64,000 nt of DNA from an uncultured Nitrososphaerota archaeon (lineage in GTDB: Archaea; Thermoproteota; Methanomethylicia; Nezhaarchaeales; B40-G2): NCBI GenBank assembly GCA_964626365.1, contig CAZVDL010000003.1, positions 23,783-87,782 on the forward strand, written 5' to 3'. How positions within the stretch are numbered: the stretch's first letter is position 1; each line of letters starts with the position of its first letter. Shown here piece by piece: positions 20,219-29,910 of this stretch. Made by a program: the position numbers and the translations under genes. The notes beneath the pieces are model-generated. The model saw only the letters and a program-made list of their open reading frames with translations. It was not told the origin of the DNA and searched no databases.

Positions 20219-22021
20219 CTACCTACGCTGCTTGACCTTCTCTAAGGCCTCTAAGGCCTCCATTTCATCGGGGGTGAGCTCGCCCCTATACTTTGTGGTT
20301 AATAGCCTAGCGTGCTCGGCTGGTACGTCGACGTAGAGGACGTCGCCCTCCTTGATCTGCCTCCCCACCATGACGTCGCCCCTAATGGATATCGCCACCG
20401 CCAGTCCCTTCGTGGCCTCCTCTATAGGCTTACCTTTATCTTGAATCTGCATTATCACGCCTACGCGCCTACCATCCTCCCTTATCAACGGGTAGCCAGG
20501 CCTTATTCTACCGCTCAACACCTCAACCCCTACGATGGCCGGGTCGCTCCTCCTGAAAACGTAGCCTGGTAGAAGCCTTATGCAGCCGGGCCTTATTAAG
20601 CTAGATAGCTCACGGCGCTTCTCCTCCTCCCTAACCTTGTTAACCCAGTTCTGATACTCCTCAAAAACCCTATAGATCACGTTGCTACTGAAGACAGGGA
20701 TACCCCTCGACTTTAATTCATCCTCCACCTCGGGGGACACCTTTACGTTGAAGGCTAGTATGACGCCTAGGACTTTGTTGGTCTCCTTGACTATGGAGGC
20801 CTCCATGATGTCCCTCTTCGTTATAGGGCCTACGTCGGCCACCCTCACCGGTATATTTAGGCTCCTCAGCTTGTTGACCATGGCCTCGAGGGAGCCTAAG
20901 GTATCAGCTTTCACTACTACCCCCTCTGCCTCGGTGGTGAACCTTATGCCTGCTAGCTCCTCTGAGATCGTCTTCCTAAGCTCGTCCACCTCAGCCTCGC
21001 TAGCGGCGACCATTAATGGCGAGCCCGCTACAACCTCGTCTAACCCAGGCGCAACGACCCTTACGCCAGCCGCGGCAGCCACCTCATCTACGCTCTTAAA
21101 CTTATCCTCTGGGTCCCTCATCTCATCAAGCGGTTTAGGTAATAACAGGGCCCTGACCCTGGTAGTTACGGGCCCCGAGAGGCCGCCTAAGACGACGATG
21201 TCGTTTCGCCTGATAACCCCGTCGTGGATGATGACGTCAGCCACGGTGCCTACGCCGGGCATCTCCCTACACTCAAGTACCACCCCTCTAGCTGGACCCT
21301 TGGAGGCCTTCAACTTACCCATCATATACCTCTGGGTTAAGCCAGCTAGGACTAGTAGTAGATCCGGTATACCCTCACCTGTCAAGGCGCTCGTCGGGAC
21401 AATGGCCAGCGTCCTGGTAAAGTCCCTTACCCTATCGTAACGCTCAGCGTTGAAGCCCTCGTAGGAAAACTGCTCAACAATCCTATACGTCAACTCCTCC
21501 ACTCTACGCTGGACATCGGGACTTTGAGCCTTGAATGACTCGATGAAAGGCGCGTACTCTCTAGGCTTCCACCCAGGGACACGGTCTACCTTGTTAGCGG
21601 CGACGACGAAGGGGACTCTACGCTCCCTGAGTATCCTTAGGCTCTCGTAGGTTATCTCCTCAAAGCCCTCTAAGATGTCTATGACGAGTATGGCTATGTC
21701 GGCTATGGACCCTCCTCTACGCCTAAGGTTTACGAATGCTTCGTGTCCAGGCGTATCTATTACTAGGAAGCCTGGGATCTTCACTTCAGCCTTAAACGAC
21801 CGCATCAATGGGCCGCAGATGCGTTCAAGCGCTGACCACGGCAGAAAGGAAGCGCCTATATGTTGGGTTTACCACCCGGCAGGTAGCACCTGCCGGGACA
21901 TGGCCCCAACTTCCCTGAACATCGTGGCTGTGCCTCTAATTTTATCCAGCAGTAGCGTCTTACCTACGTCGACGTGGCCCAACACGCATACTATGGGTGA
22001 CCTCACGTACTCCTCCTTCAT
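20219..22021 (-). CDS. infB: translation initiation factor aIF5B (IF2 homologue), interrupted by a 30-nt putative BHB mRNA intron
   Basis: Exon 1 (22021..21899) encodes [41 protein letters not shown], carrying the G1 P-loop. After 30 nt that contain an in-frame TAA, the frame resumes with TQHIGASF...ICGPL...[15 protein letters not shown] and the remaining roughly 550 aa of a normal aIF5B. Confidence 0.85.
21869..21898 (-). other. putative bulge-helix-bulge (hBHBh') intron within the infB mRNA
   Basis: Coding-strand sequence: GTTGGG-GCCA-TG^T-CCCGGCAGGT-GCT-ACCTGCCGGG-TGGT-AA^A-CCCAAC. It has a 6-bp exon helix, a 4-bp central helix (GCCA/TGGT), two 3-nt bulges on opposite strands and a 10-bp intron hairpin. 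Cuts after the 2nd bulge nucleotide give an exact in-frame junction. Confidence 0.6.
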
Positions 22022-22091
22022 TTTCAACCATCCTCTACGCTAGAAAGAGCAGAGGTGTCTACTTTCTTTTTTCCCTTCAACCTGAAGATGC

Positions 22092-22541
22092 CTATTTGAC
22101 CCACTCTTCGTCGGCTCTATTATAGCTAAGTAGCTCGTTATCCGAGAATAGAAGTCCTATTTCCCTTTCAGCGCTCTCTATAGAGTCCGAGGCGTGGACT
22201 ACGTTCTTGGTTAAGGATAGCCCTAGGTCGCCTCTAATAGTGCCGGGCGGCGCTTGTTTGGGGTCTGTTGAGCCTATAAGCCGCCTAACTACGTTAACCG
22301 CATCCTCACCCTCCACCACTGTGGCTACGATAGGCGCAGAGGTTATGTGCTCCACTAGCTGGTTAAAGAACGGCTTACCTTTATGCACCGAGTAGAACTT
22401 CTCAGCGAGAGCCCTATCCATCCAGAGCATCTTTAAGGCCACGATCTTTAGACCCTTGCTTTCCACCCTCTTTAAGACCTCCCCTATTAAGCCTCTAACT
22501 ACGCCGTCAGGTTTAACCATTAATAGCGTGCGCTCCACCAA
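22092..22541 (-). CDS. ndk: nucleoside diphosphate kinase
   Basis: [12 protein letters not shown] ... NVVHASDS active-site region; 149 aa. Confidence 0.9.
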   Translation of the reverse strand: MVERTLLMVKPDGVVRGLIGEVLKRVESKGLKIVALKMLWMDRALAEKFYSVHKGKPFFNQLVEHITSAPIVATVVEGEDAVNVVRRLIGSTDPKQAPPGTIRGDLGLSLTKNVVHASDSIESAEREIGLLFSDNELLSYNRADEEWVK

Positions 22542-22546
22542 AGCAG

Positions 22547-22744
22547 CTACCTCCTCTTATGTTCTTCGGCGGTCTTCCTCGCCCACTTCACCTTAGAGGG
22601 CTTCCTGCGTAGCTTTAACATGTTCTTCTTACACTTGCTTGAGCAGAAGTAAAGGACGGTACCGTCACGCTTAACATACATCAACCCTGACCCTGGCTCT
22701 ATCACCGAGTTGCAGAATGAACACTTGGTGACCCTAAACACCAC
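22547..22744 (-). CDS. rpl24e: 50S ribosomal protein L24e
   Basis: 65 aa, C4 zinc finger CSFC...CSSKC, typical of L24e. Confidence 0.8.
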   Translation of the reverse strand: MVFRVTKCSFCNSVIEPGSGLMYVKRDGTVLYFCSSKCKKNMLKLRRKPSKVKWARKTAEEHKRR

Positions 22745-22803
22745 GGACCCCTCCCCGTTAAATCCAAGCTAGGCTTTAAGCCTACCTGTATCATGCCCGC
22801 AAG

Positions 22804-22811
22804 CTTAAAAT
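22804..22811 (+). promoter_or_regulatory. TATA box (cttaaaat) about 26 nt upstream of the rps28e ATG, suggesting a leaderless transcript
   Basis: AT-rich octamer at the canonical archaeal distance from the start codon at 22838. Confidence 0.35.
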
Positions 22812-22837
22812 CGACCCCCGCCTTTAGAGGCTGCGGT

Positions 22838-23056
22838 ATGAGCAAGTCTGAAGATCAAGCTACGCCAGCCGAGGTAGTACAGATCATAGGGCGTACCGGT
22901 GTTACGGGCGAGGTCATACAGGTAAGGTGCCGTATACTGGAGGGCAGGGATAAAGGCAGGATTCTGACAAGGAACGTGAAGGGACCTGTTAGGATAGGTG
23001 ATATCTTAATGCTTAGAGAAACAGAGCGTGAAGCTAGGAAGCTTACTCCTCGCTAA
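22838..23056 (+). CDS. rps28e: 30S ribosomal protein S28e
   Basis: [60 protein letters not shown] is the S28e signature; the ORF-track start at 22793 is probably an over-extension. Confidence 0.8.
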   Translation: MSKSEDQATPAEVVQIIGRTGVTGEVIQVRCRILEGRDKGRILTRNVKGPVRIGDILMLRETEREARKLTPR

Positions 23057-23063
23057 AAAGCCC

Positions 23064-23519
23064 CTATTTACGGCGCTTCCTCTTAGGCTTCTCCTCCTCA
23101 GCTGCTGGTGCTTCAGCTGGAGCAGCGGCCTCGGCGGAAGGAGCACCTTTAACCCTTATCTCCTCAACCTTCCTTATTATCTCCTCGACCAACGATTTAG
23201 CCTCGCCTTCCTCGATTATGCATGCTGAGGCTGCCTTAACCTCAATTCCACAGGACTGTCCCAGCCTATCTTTACTGGGCACATAGACGTAGGGCACTTT
23301 CTTTTCCTCGCATAGTAACGGTAAGTGGGCTACGACCTCTGGTGGATCGACATCCTCAGCTATTAAGACTAGCTTAGCTAGCCCTCGCTCTACGGCTTTC
23401 GTGGTCTCGTTGGTCCCCTTCTTGATTTTACCGGTGTCCTTGGCTATCCTAATGGCCTCGTAGGCCTTCTCAGCTAGCTCGGAGGGGACTTCAAACCTTA
23501 CGTAGAAGGGTTTAGACAT
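23064..23519 (-). CDS. rpl7ae: 50S ribosomal protein L7Ae (K-turn binding) with an Ala/Glu/Lys-rich C-terminal tail
   Basis: [58 protein letters not shown] core, plus a roughly 27-aa low-complexity extension. Confidence 0.9.
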   Translation of the reverse strand: MSKPFYVRFEVPSELAEKAYEAIRIAKDTGKIKKGTNETTKAVERGLAKLVLIAEDVDPPEVVAHLPLLCEEKKVPYVYVPSKDRLGQSCGIEVKAASACIIEEGEAKSLVEEIIRKVEEIRVKGAPSAEAAAPAEAPAAEEEKPKRKRRK

Positions 23520-24143
23520 CCTTAACGCCTCCTCTCACGCTCATCAACTCATGGGCGCGCACGCTATATTAAAGCGCCCCGTATATATGTTTTCTTTAAC
23601 ACTACTCCACGCAGTAGTCCCTTAAACCCTTAGCCCTTTGAGAGTTCGGCCGCTCGACTACGTCAGAGGATGTGGGCCCGTCGTACGGCGCGCTCGTCGG
23701 CGAGGCGGTACTCATCATCCCACTCAGCCACTAGCAGACCCCCCTTAAGCCTCACGACCAGAACCCTCAGCCTCCAAGCACGTAAAGTTAAGGATTGCTC
23801 AGACGCATATAAGTTCAGCGAGGGTTGCCTAAGCTTATGGCCGAGAGGCTAAGAGAGAACTCAACCTAGACCTCTAGGGTTGCTGTGGGCTTAGCCTACC
23901 TAGCCACACCTTACCCCTCTTCGAGCTCCTTGGCTATGGCTAGCTCCATGGACCCCACCTAGGACAAGCCTAAGCTAGGGTCAAGACGCTTAACACCACC
24001 ACTCACCCTAAGTATACCTCCTAAGGCTAATCATCGAGGATAGAACTTAATAGCCAGGCTATCTCTTTATGGATAGATGCACTAGGCGAGCAGCTCAGCT
24101 CGCTTAGGTAGGCCTGAGCTAAGGGCTTAAGCCCCCCACACCG

Positions 24144-25181
24144 ATGCCGGCGGAGCTTAAACCGTGGAGGAGGAAGGTCGTAATAAGCGACGAGATCCTA
24201 GAGAAGTTACCAAAGGAGGTTGTACAAGCGCTGCGCGATAGCTCACTCAGTGACAAGGAGAAGCTTAGAGCGTTATTACAACATCTTTACGAAGTATTTC
24301 GAAGCTACATAGCTGTTGCGGCGCTTATAGGTGTACCAGCGGCAACTGTATATAATTGGATGATTCGCTTAAACGTTGACATAAGGGAGTATGAGGCATG
24401 TAAGGAGAGGAGGCTTGCTAAAATTAAAAAGGTCGCGCCTAAGGAGATGGCGAAAATGTGGTTCTTTGCCCACTCCGATGGATGTGCTATCGCAATGGGT
24501 CGGCAGGTCTATGTCCAGGTCAGAACCCCCGACCCATGGCTGATACACCTCTTCACAGAGCTTTTTGGGAGGCATGTCGACATCAAGGTTAAGCCCGTTA
24601 TTGACTTTGACGGCGGGTCAAATTGGCATGCATGGTGCTACTTACCTATTGAAGGGTATTCATGGATCCTAAGCGATGAACCACCATCTATCATGACTGG
24701 TGAAGGATTATGGGAGGCATTGGCGGTATTGATTGATACGGAGGGCACAATAACCATACGGCGTGAGAAGAGGGGCAAGGCTACGGAAGTAACCTTAGTG
24801 ATCCCATCTGAGAATTTAAGGTTGCTTCAACGTATCAAGCATGAACTACGCAGCAATGGCATTAAAGCTAAGCTAGGACGTATTAAAGAGACAGGCCAAG
24901 AAACTAAAGTAGGACGGCTAAATAGTGACTGCTGGCGACTCGCCATCTATGCTAAACCATCGCTCATAAGGGTGTTGGAGGAGGTCGCGGATAGGCTTAC
25001 ACTTCCATGGAAGCACATGCTGGCCAAGCTCAGCTTAAGGGTATTGCGTGAGCAGTTAGCGTGGAGTGAGGTTGAGGATTTAGTGAGTGAAGTAAGGCGT
25101 TTTAGACGGAGAACCTTAGATGTCAGCAAGCGTTATATCTTGGAGCAGCTCGCCGAAAACCCTCCACGCCCATCAACCTAA
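24144..25181 (+). CDS. free-standing HTH plus double LAGLIDADG-like domain protein (homing-endonuclease-like)
   Basis: 345 aa; N-terminal HTH AALIGVPAATVYNWMIR, then two LAGLIDADG-like blocks (WFFAHSDGCAI and LAVLIDTEGTITI) spaced as in I-DmoI-type enzymes; lower GC and A/T-ending codons than the flanking genes. Confidence 0.4.
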   Translation: MPAELKPWRRKVVISDEILEKLPKEVVQALRDSSLSDKEKLRALLQHLYEVFRSYIAVAALIGVPAATVYNWMIRLNVDIREYEACKERRLAKIKKVAPKEMAKMWFFAHSDGCAIAMGRQVYVQVRTPDPWLIHLFTELFGRHVDIKVKPVIDFDGGSNWHAWCYLPIEGYSWILSDEPPSIMTGEGLWEALAVLIDTEGTITIRREKRGKATEVTLVIPSENLRLLQRIKHELRSNGIKAKLGRIKETGQETKVGRLNSDCWRLAIYAKPSLIRVLEEVADRLTLPWKHMLAKLSLRVLREQLAWSEVEDLVSEVRRFRRRTLDVSKRYILEQLAENPPRPST

Positions 25182-25515
25182 ATCTTTAAATCCCATCCCC
25201 CACATATTGCTTCTCCGCACTTATCTTTAACGACACACGGCCTACACCGTTATTTACGGGCTCTCCCATCTTGCTGTAGCTTAAAGGAAGGTCTCTAAGA
25301 TGTCACTAAAAGGGCGCAGAGTTCTACTTGAGAAAGCCATAAGGAAACCCCTTCTTTAAGGTTGAGTAAGAAGGAGACTGTTGTTACGAAGGCTTTTTAG
25401 CTTGCTATAGTTTAAAATTTTTAGTGGTATGTTTTGAGGTTCGCGGGGTGGACTAGGTTTTAATAAAGCGGGAAGAGAGGGTCGTTTAAGATCGTAGCCC
25501 TAACTGAGGGAGATC

Positions 25516-27258
25516 ATGGAGGCTGAGGTCTTAGATGTGGCGAGGAAGCATGCCCTGAGGAACGCCGTGCTACATGAAGGTAGAGCCGACTTAAACGCCG
25601 TCGTGAGGAAGATCCTAGCTGAGAAACCTGAGGTTAAGCCTAAGCTTAGGGAGCTAATACCCATTATAAGGTCGGTGGTGGAGGAAGTCAACAAGCTAAG
25701 CCTAGAGGAGCAACGTAGGTTGTTAGAGGAGCATTACCCTGAGGCCTTAGAGAGGCCTAAGAAGGAAGAGCGCGGCACACTGCCACCACTACCTCCAGCA
25801 GAGGGCTTCGAAATCGTCGTCACCAGGTTTGCCCCCGAGCCTAACGGCTACTTACACTTAGGGCATGCTAAGGCAGCGGTGCTATCACATGAATACGCCC
25901 GGATGTATGGGGGTAAGTTCATTTTAAGGTTCGAGGACACTAACCCTAGAGCGGAGAAAGTGGAGTTCTACGAGGCTATCAGGGACGACCTAAAGGTCCT
26001 CGGGTTAACGTGGGACGAGGAGAAGCTCGTGTCCGACGACATGGAGCTGATGTACGGCGTGGCCAGGGAGATCCTAGCTAAGGGTTATGGTTACGTATGT
26101 ACCTGCCCCACGAAAGTGCTCAGGGCTAGGCGTCGAAGAGGGGAGGAATGTTCGTGTAGGCGAAGAGAACCGCATGAGAACCTCGAGCTCCTAGATAAAA
26201 TGTTAGAGGGAGCTTACGCTGAGGGACAGGCCGTCGTTAGGCTGAAGACCGACATGAGGAGCGAGAACTACGCGTTTAGGGACCCCGTAATCTTAAGGAT
26301 CATAGAACACCCGCATCCGCTTAAAGGAGATAAGTATAGGGTCTACCCAACCTACGATTTTGCATGCGCCGTTGAGGACCATTTAATGAGGGTGAGCCAC
26401 ATTTTAAGGTCGATAGAGTTCACGACGAGGGTGGAAATCCAGGAGGCCATATACAAGTTCATGGGGTGGAGGCCGCCCGTAGCTATACAGTTTGGGCGCC
26501 TCAGCATGGAGGGCACGCCGCTGTCTAAGAGGAGAATAACGCCGTTAATCAAGGAGGGCGTTCTAAGCAGCTGGGACGACCCACGCCTAGCTACGCTGAG
26601 AGGATTAATGAGGAGAGGCATACACCCCGAGGCTATCAAGAGGCTCATCTTGGATATAGGCCCCAGCAAATCCAACGCGCTAGTGACCTGGGAGCTACTT
26701 AACAGCTACAATAGGAAGGTAGTGGACCCCCTCGCCAACAGGTTCTTCTTCGTCCCTAGGCCCAAGCTAATGGTAGTGGAAGGAGCTCCGGAGCTAAGTG
26801 AGGTGCGCATTAAACTTCACCCAAACTTCCCTGAGCGAGGCGAGAGGACTTTACGTATAGAGGTGGAGGAGGGCGTAGCTAAGGTTTACGTCCCAGGCGA
26901 CGATGTAGAGGGTACAGCCAAGCTCCCGAGGAGACTAAGGTTAATGGGGCTCTTTAACGTAGACGTGCTCGAGGTCGGGGAGATCGTGAGAGCGAAGTAT
27001 GCAGGCAATGAACTCATAGACCCCAAGATACAATGGGTGCCTGCTAAATACAACGTGAGGGTGCTAGTTGAAGTACCGGGCAAGCTCTTCCTAAACGAAG
27101 AGCTATCTAAGGATAGCTTAACCGTGGTGGAGGGGCTAGGTGAAGAGAACTGTCTAAGTCTAAGACCCGGTGACATCGTTCAGTTTGAGAGGTATGGGTT
27201 CGTTAGGGTGGACGAGATTAAGGACAACGTGGTTAAGGCTATCTACGCGCATAAGTAG
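25516..27258 (+). CDS. gltX: glutamyl-tRNA synthetase (archaeal non-discriminating type)
   Basis: class I HLGH motif (PNGYLHLGHAKAA) and KMSKS-like LSKR; 580 aa; GatDE is present, so this is assigned as GluRS. Confidence 0.85.
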   Translation: MEAEVLDVARKHALRNAVLHEGRADLNAVVRKILAEKPEVKPKLRELIPIIRSVVEEVNKLSLEEQRRLLEEHYPEALERPKKEERGTLPPLPPAEGFEIVVTRFAPEPNGYLHLGHAKAAVLSHEYARMYGGKFILRFEDTNPRAEKVEFYEAIRDDLKVLGLTWDEEKLVSDDMELMYGVAREILAKGYGYVCTCPTKVLRARRRRGEECSCRRREPHENLELLDKMLEGAYAEGQAVVRLKTDMRSENYAFRDPVILRIIEHPHPLKGDKYRVYPTYDFACAVEDHLMRVSHILRSIEFTTRVEIQEAIYKFMGWRPPVAIQFGRLSMEGTPLSKRRITPLIKEGVLSSWDDPRLATLRGLMRRGIHPEAIKRLILDIGPSKSNALVTWELLNSYNRKVVDPLANRFFFVPRPKLMVVEGAPELSEVRIKLHPNFPERGERTLRIEVEEGVAKVYVPGDDVEGTAKLPRRLRLMGLFNVDVLEVGEIVRAKYAGNELIDPKIQWVPAKYNVRVLVEVPGKLFLNEELSKDSLTVVEGLGEENCLSLRPGDIVQFERYGFVRVDEIKDNVVKAIYAHK

Positions 27259-28342
27259 AACGCCGCTTAGCGAAGGTAGAAAGCTCTAAACCTCTCGCCC
27301 TCAGCCACTCAGCCGTCCGCCCAGTGATTACCACGTCAGCCTCCTTCAACTCCTCCACGCTCTTTGAGCCCGTTAGAAACATAGCTAGCCTTAACTCCTC
27401 TACCACCTCGCTGAGCCTAGAAGTCACGGCCCAGCTCCCTATCAAGGCGGGGCGAAGTAGGGGGAGAGCCATCCCGGCCATGTCAGCCCCCAACGCTAAG
27501 GCCTTAGCCACATCCACTCCGCTTCGAACACCGCCAGAGGCTATAATGGGTAGCTTCGAGTGGTGTTTTGTCTCCAAGATACTTATAGCCGTGGGTATGC
27601 CCCAGTCCCTAAACTTCATGCCGAGAGAGAACTTCATATGGTCTCCAGCTTCAAGCGCTCTATATCCCTCGATGGCCCCCCAGCTGGTGCCTCCAGCCCC
27701 AGCCACATCTATGGCTGAGACTCCCAGCTCGGCGCATAGCCTAGCCTCTTCACCGGCTACGCCACAGCCAGTCTCCTTGACTATTACAGGGAGGTTTAAT
27801 TCACGGGTAAGTTGCTTTAAGGCTTCAGCCACACCTCTAAACCTGGCTTCACCTTCAAGCTGTATAGCTTCTTGAAGCGGGTTTAAGTGAATGGCCACAG
27901 CGTCGGCGTCAACCATGTCCACTGCCTGTTTAACATACTCAACCCCACGCTCAACTAATTGGACAGCCCCTAAGTTGGCCACTACGTAGGCGTCGGGCGC
28001 TACCTCCCTCACAACCTTAAAGGAGGCTAGGAGGCTGGGATCTTCGAGGGCTGGACGTTGACTGCCCAGCTCCAAGATAATGTTTAGCTCCTGAGCAGCT
28101 TCTGCTAAAGACCTATTTATTATCGTCGATAGCCTAGGCCCACCTGTTATCGCGGAGATGACTAAGGGCGCGTTAAACTTCTCGCCTAGAAAAAAAGTTT
28201 CAGTGGATACTTCATCTAGGTTTAACTCGGGGAGGCATCGATGAACTAGGTAGATCTCCTCAAACCCCGTCTTGGTATACTCGGCTTCAACATTCCTCTC
28301 AAGGCAAATCTTAATGTGCTCAAGCTTACGCTTCTCCCCCAA
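27239..28342 (-). CDS. fni: isopentenyl-diphosphate delta-isomerase type 2 (FMN-dependent)
   Basis: MGEKRKLEHIKICL N-terminus and TIM-barrel FMN motifs (SGGVRSG). Confidence 0.85.
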   Translation of the reverse strand: MGEKRKLEHIKICLERNVEAEYTKTGFEEIYLVHRCLPELNLDEVSTETFFLGEKFNAPLVISAITGGPRLSTIINRSLAEAAQELNIILELGSQRPALEDPSLLASFKVVREVAPDAYVVANLGAVQLVERGVEYVKQAVDMVDADAVAIHLNPLQEAIQLEGEARFRGVAEALKQLTRELNLPVIVKETGCGVAGEEARLCAELGVSAIDVAGAGGTSWGAIEGYRALEAGDHMKFSLGMKFRDWGIPTAISILETKHHSKLPIIASGGVRSGVDVAKALALGADMAGMALPLLRPALIGSWAVTSRLSEVVEELRLAMFLTGSKSVEELKEADVVITGRTAEWLRARGLELSTFAKRRSTYARR

Positions 28343-28353
28343 CTACCTCACCA

Positions 28354-29208
28354 TCAGATTACTTTGAGGGAGGCGTAGCCTACGACCGAGGAGTAGTCCC
28401 TCGTCACGTCGCCCGACGTCGCGTACTTTAAGAGCTCGGCCTTAGAGGCCCCCCAGGAAGCTACCGCTATTAGCATTGACGCTACGGGTCCTGGCCCGCA
28501 CATCGATATATCCTCCTCAGCAACTACGTCAAGGAGGCCCTTCGCGTCCATCCTCAAAATGGCGTCGATGGCCTTTCTATCCTTAACCTCAGCGCTTCTT
28601 TGAGGCTCGTAGTGCGTGAAGTCCGTCGCGGCTATCACCACCACGTTTCTACCGGCCGCAGCGCTGGCGATGGCTCTACCTAAGTCGACGCACGCCTCGT
28701 ACGCCTGGAGCATCATACATATTGGGACCAGCTTCACCTCCTCACCGTATATGTAGGTTAGGAAGGGCAACTGTACCTCAATCGAGTGCTCGTTGATGTG
28801 AGCCTCCTCGTCTATCGCCACTAGGTTGGCCTCTCTGTGTATTTTAGAGGCTAGCTCAGAGTCAATTTCCACCTCCCCTAAGGGGCAGCTCCAGGACCCC
28901 TCAACCATGATGGATATACCGGCCCCCCACCCTGTATGGTTAGGCCCTATTATTATGGCCGTCTCAGGTACACCGTCCTCAGCCAGTGAGAGATAAGCGT
29001 GAGCTGCCACTGGGCCTGAGTACATGAGGCCTGCGTGTGGAACTACGAGGCCTTTAATCCTCCTAGGCCCTTCCCTACTAACCTTAGGAAGAGAACCTGG
29101 ACCTAGAGGGTCGAGGAAGCAACGCTCAACCCTTCTCCTTAGGGCGTCGGGATCAGCTTCATAGAAGTAGCCAGCCACAGCGGGCCTTCGAACTTTCCCC
29201 ATGGACAT
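28354..29208 (-). CDS. MEMO1-family protein (UPF0103)
   Basis: VAGYFYEADPDAL ... PHAGLMYSG ... His-rich metal site; 284 aa. Confidence 0.6.
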   Translation of the reverse strand: MSMGKVRRPAVAGYFYEADPDALRRRVERCFLDPLGPGSLPKVSREGPRRIKGLVVPHAGLMYSGPVAAHAYLSLAEDGVPETAIIIGPNHTGWGAGISIMVEGSWSCPLGEVEIDSELASKIHREANLVAIDEEAHINEHSIEVQLPFLTYIYGEEVKLVPICMMLQAYEACVDLGRAIASAAAGRNVVVIAATDFTHYEPQRSAEVKDRKAIDAILRMDAKGLLDVVAEEDISMCGPGPVASMLIAVASWGASKAELLKYATSGDVTRDYSSVVGYASLKVI

Positions 29209-29211
29209 CCC

Positions 29212-29862
29212 TCACTCAAAACCTTCCTCTACCTTAGCCTCGAACTCCTCTAACGGAGTAGGCAAGTCTGCGTCCGGCGGTATAACGCCCCTCTCCCTTA
29301 GTACCTGCCTTGTTAAGAGCCAGTAGGTTAGAGCTAAGGCCTTTCTTCCCTTATTATTGACAGGTATCATCAAGTCCACGAAGTATACATCGTTGTCTGT
29401 ATCGCAGAGGGCCACTATAGGGATCCCTATTTGGGAGGCTTCAATTAAGGCCTGTTCGTCGGCCCTAGGATCCGTTATTAACACCACGTCCGGTTCAACG
29501 TAGGTAGGTAGGTTAGGGTTCGTAAAGGAGCCGGGGATGAACCTATTGACTAGAGGCTTAGCCCCCGTGAGCTGACAGAACTTTAACACGCAGGGCACAC
29601 CATACTGCCTAGAAGACACCACAGCGATCTTAGGAGGGTCGTACCTGGCCAGAAACTTCGCGGCTATCCTTATGCGCTCATCTATCTTGCCTACGTCTAT
29701 GACACAGAGGCCGTCAGGCCTAACCCTATAGATGAAGGGCTTAAGGAACTTGCTCTTAATGTGCGTGCCTATATGTAGCCCAGCCGCTAGATAAACCTCT
29801 AAGGGTATTAAGAGCTCAACCTTCTTCTCCTCAACGCCTTCCTTCTCGCTTGAAGATGACAT
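29212..29862 (-). CDS. rps2: 30S ribosomal protein S2
   Basis: [41 protein letters not shown] matches uS2. Confidence 0.85.
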   Translation of the reverse strand: MSSSSEKEGVEEKKVELLIPLEVYLAAGLHIGTHIKSKFLKPFIYRVRPDGLCVIDVGKIDERIRIAAKFLARYDPPKIAVVSSRQYGVPCVLKFCQLTGAKPLVNRFIPGSFTNPNLPTYVEPDVVLITDPRADEQALIEASQIGIPIVALCDTDNDVYFVDLMIPVNNKGRKALALTYWLLTRQVLRERGVIPPDADLPTPLEEFEAKVEEGFE

Positions 29863-29910
29863 CGCTGATCTGCGGCTTAACTGCTTAGCCCTCTAATAAT
29901 TTTAACGCGC

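Noticed and set aside
20682-21440. 252-aa plus-strand ORF, and several other 60-200-aa ORFs on the opposite strand of infB, glmS, gatE, rgy, eno and secY
   Set aside because: They lie entirely inside well-supported genes on the other strand and are Ser/Leu/Thr-rich with no motifs, which is the typical antisense-ORF artefact of GC-rich coding DNA.
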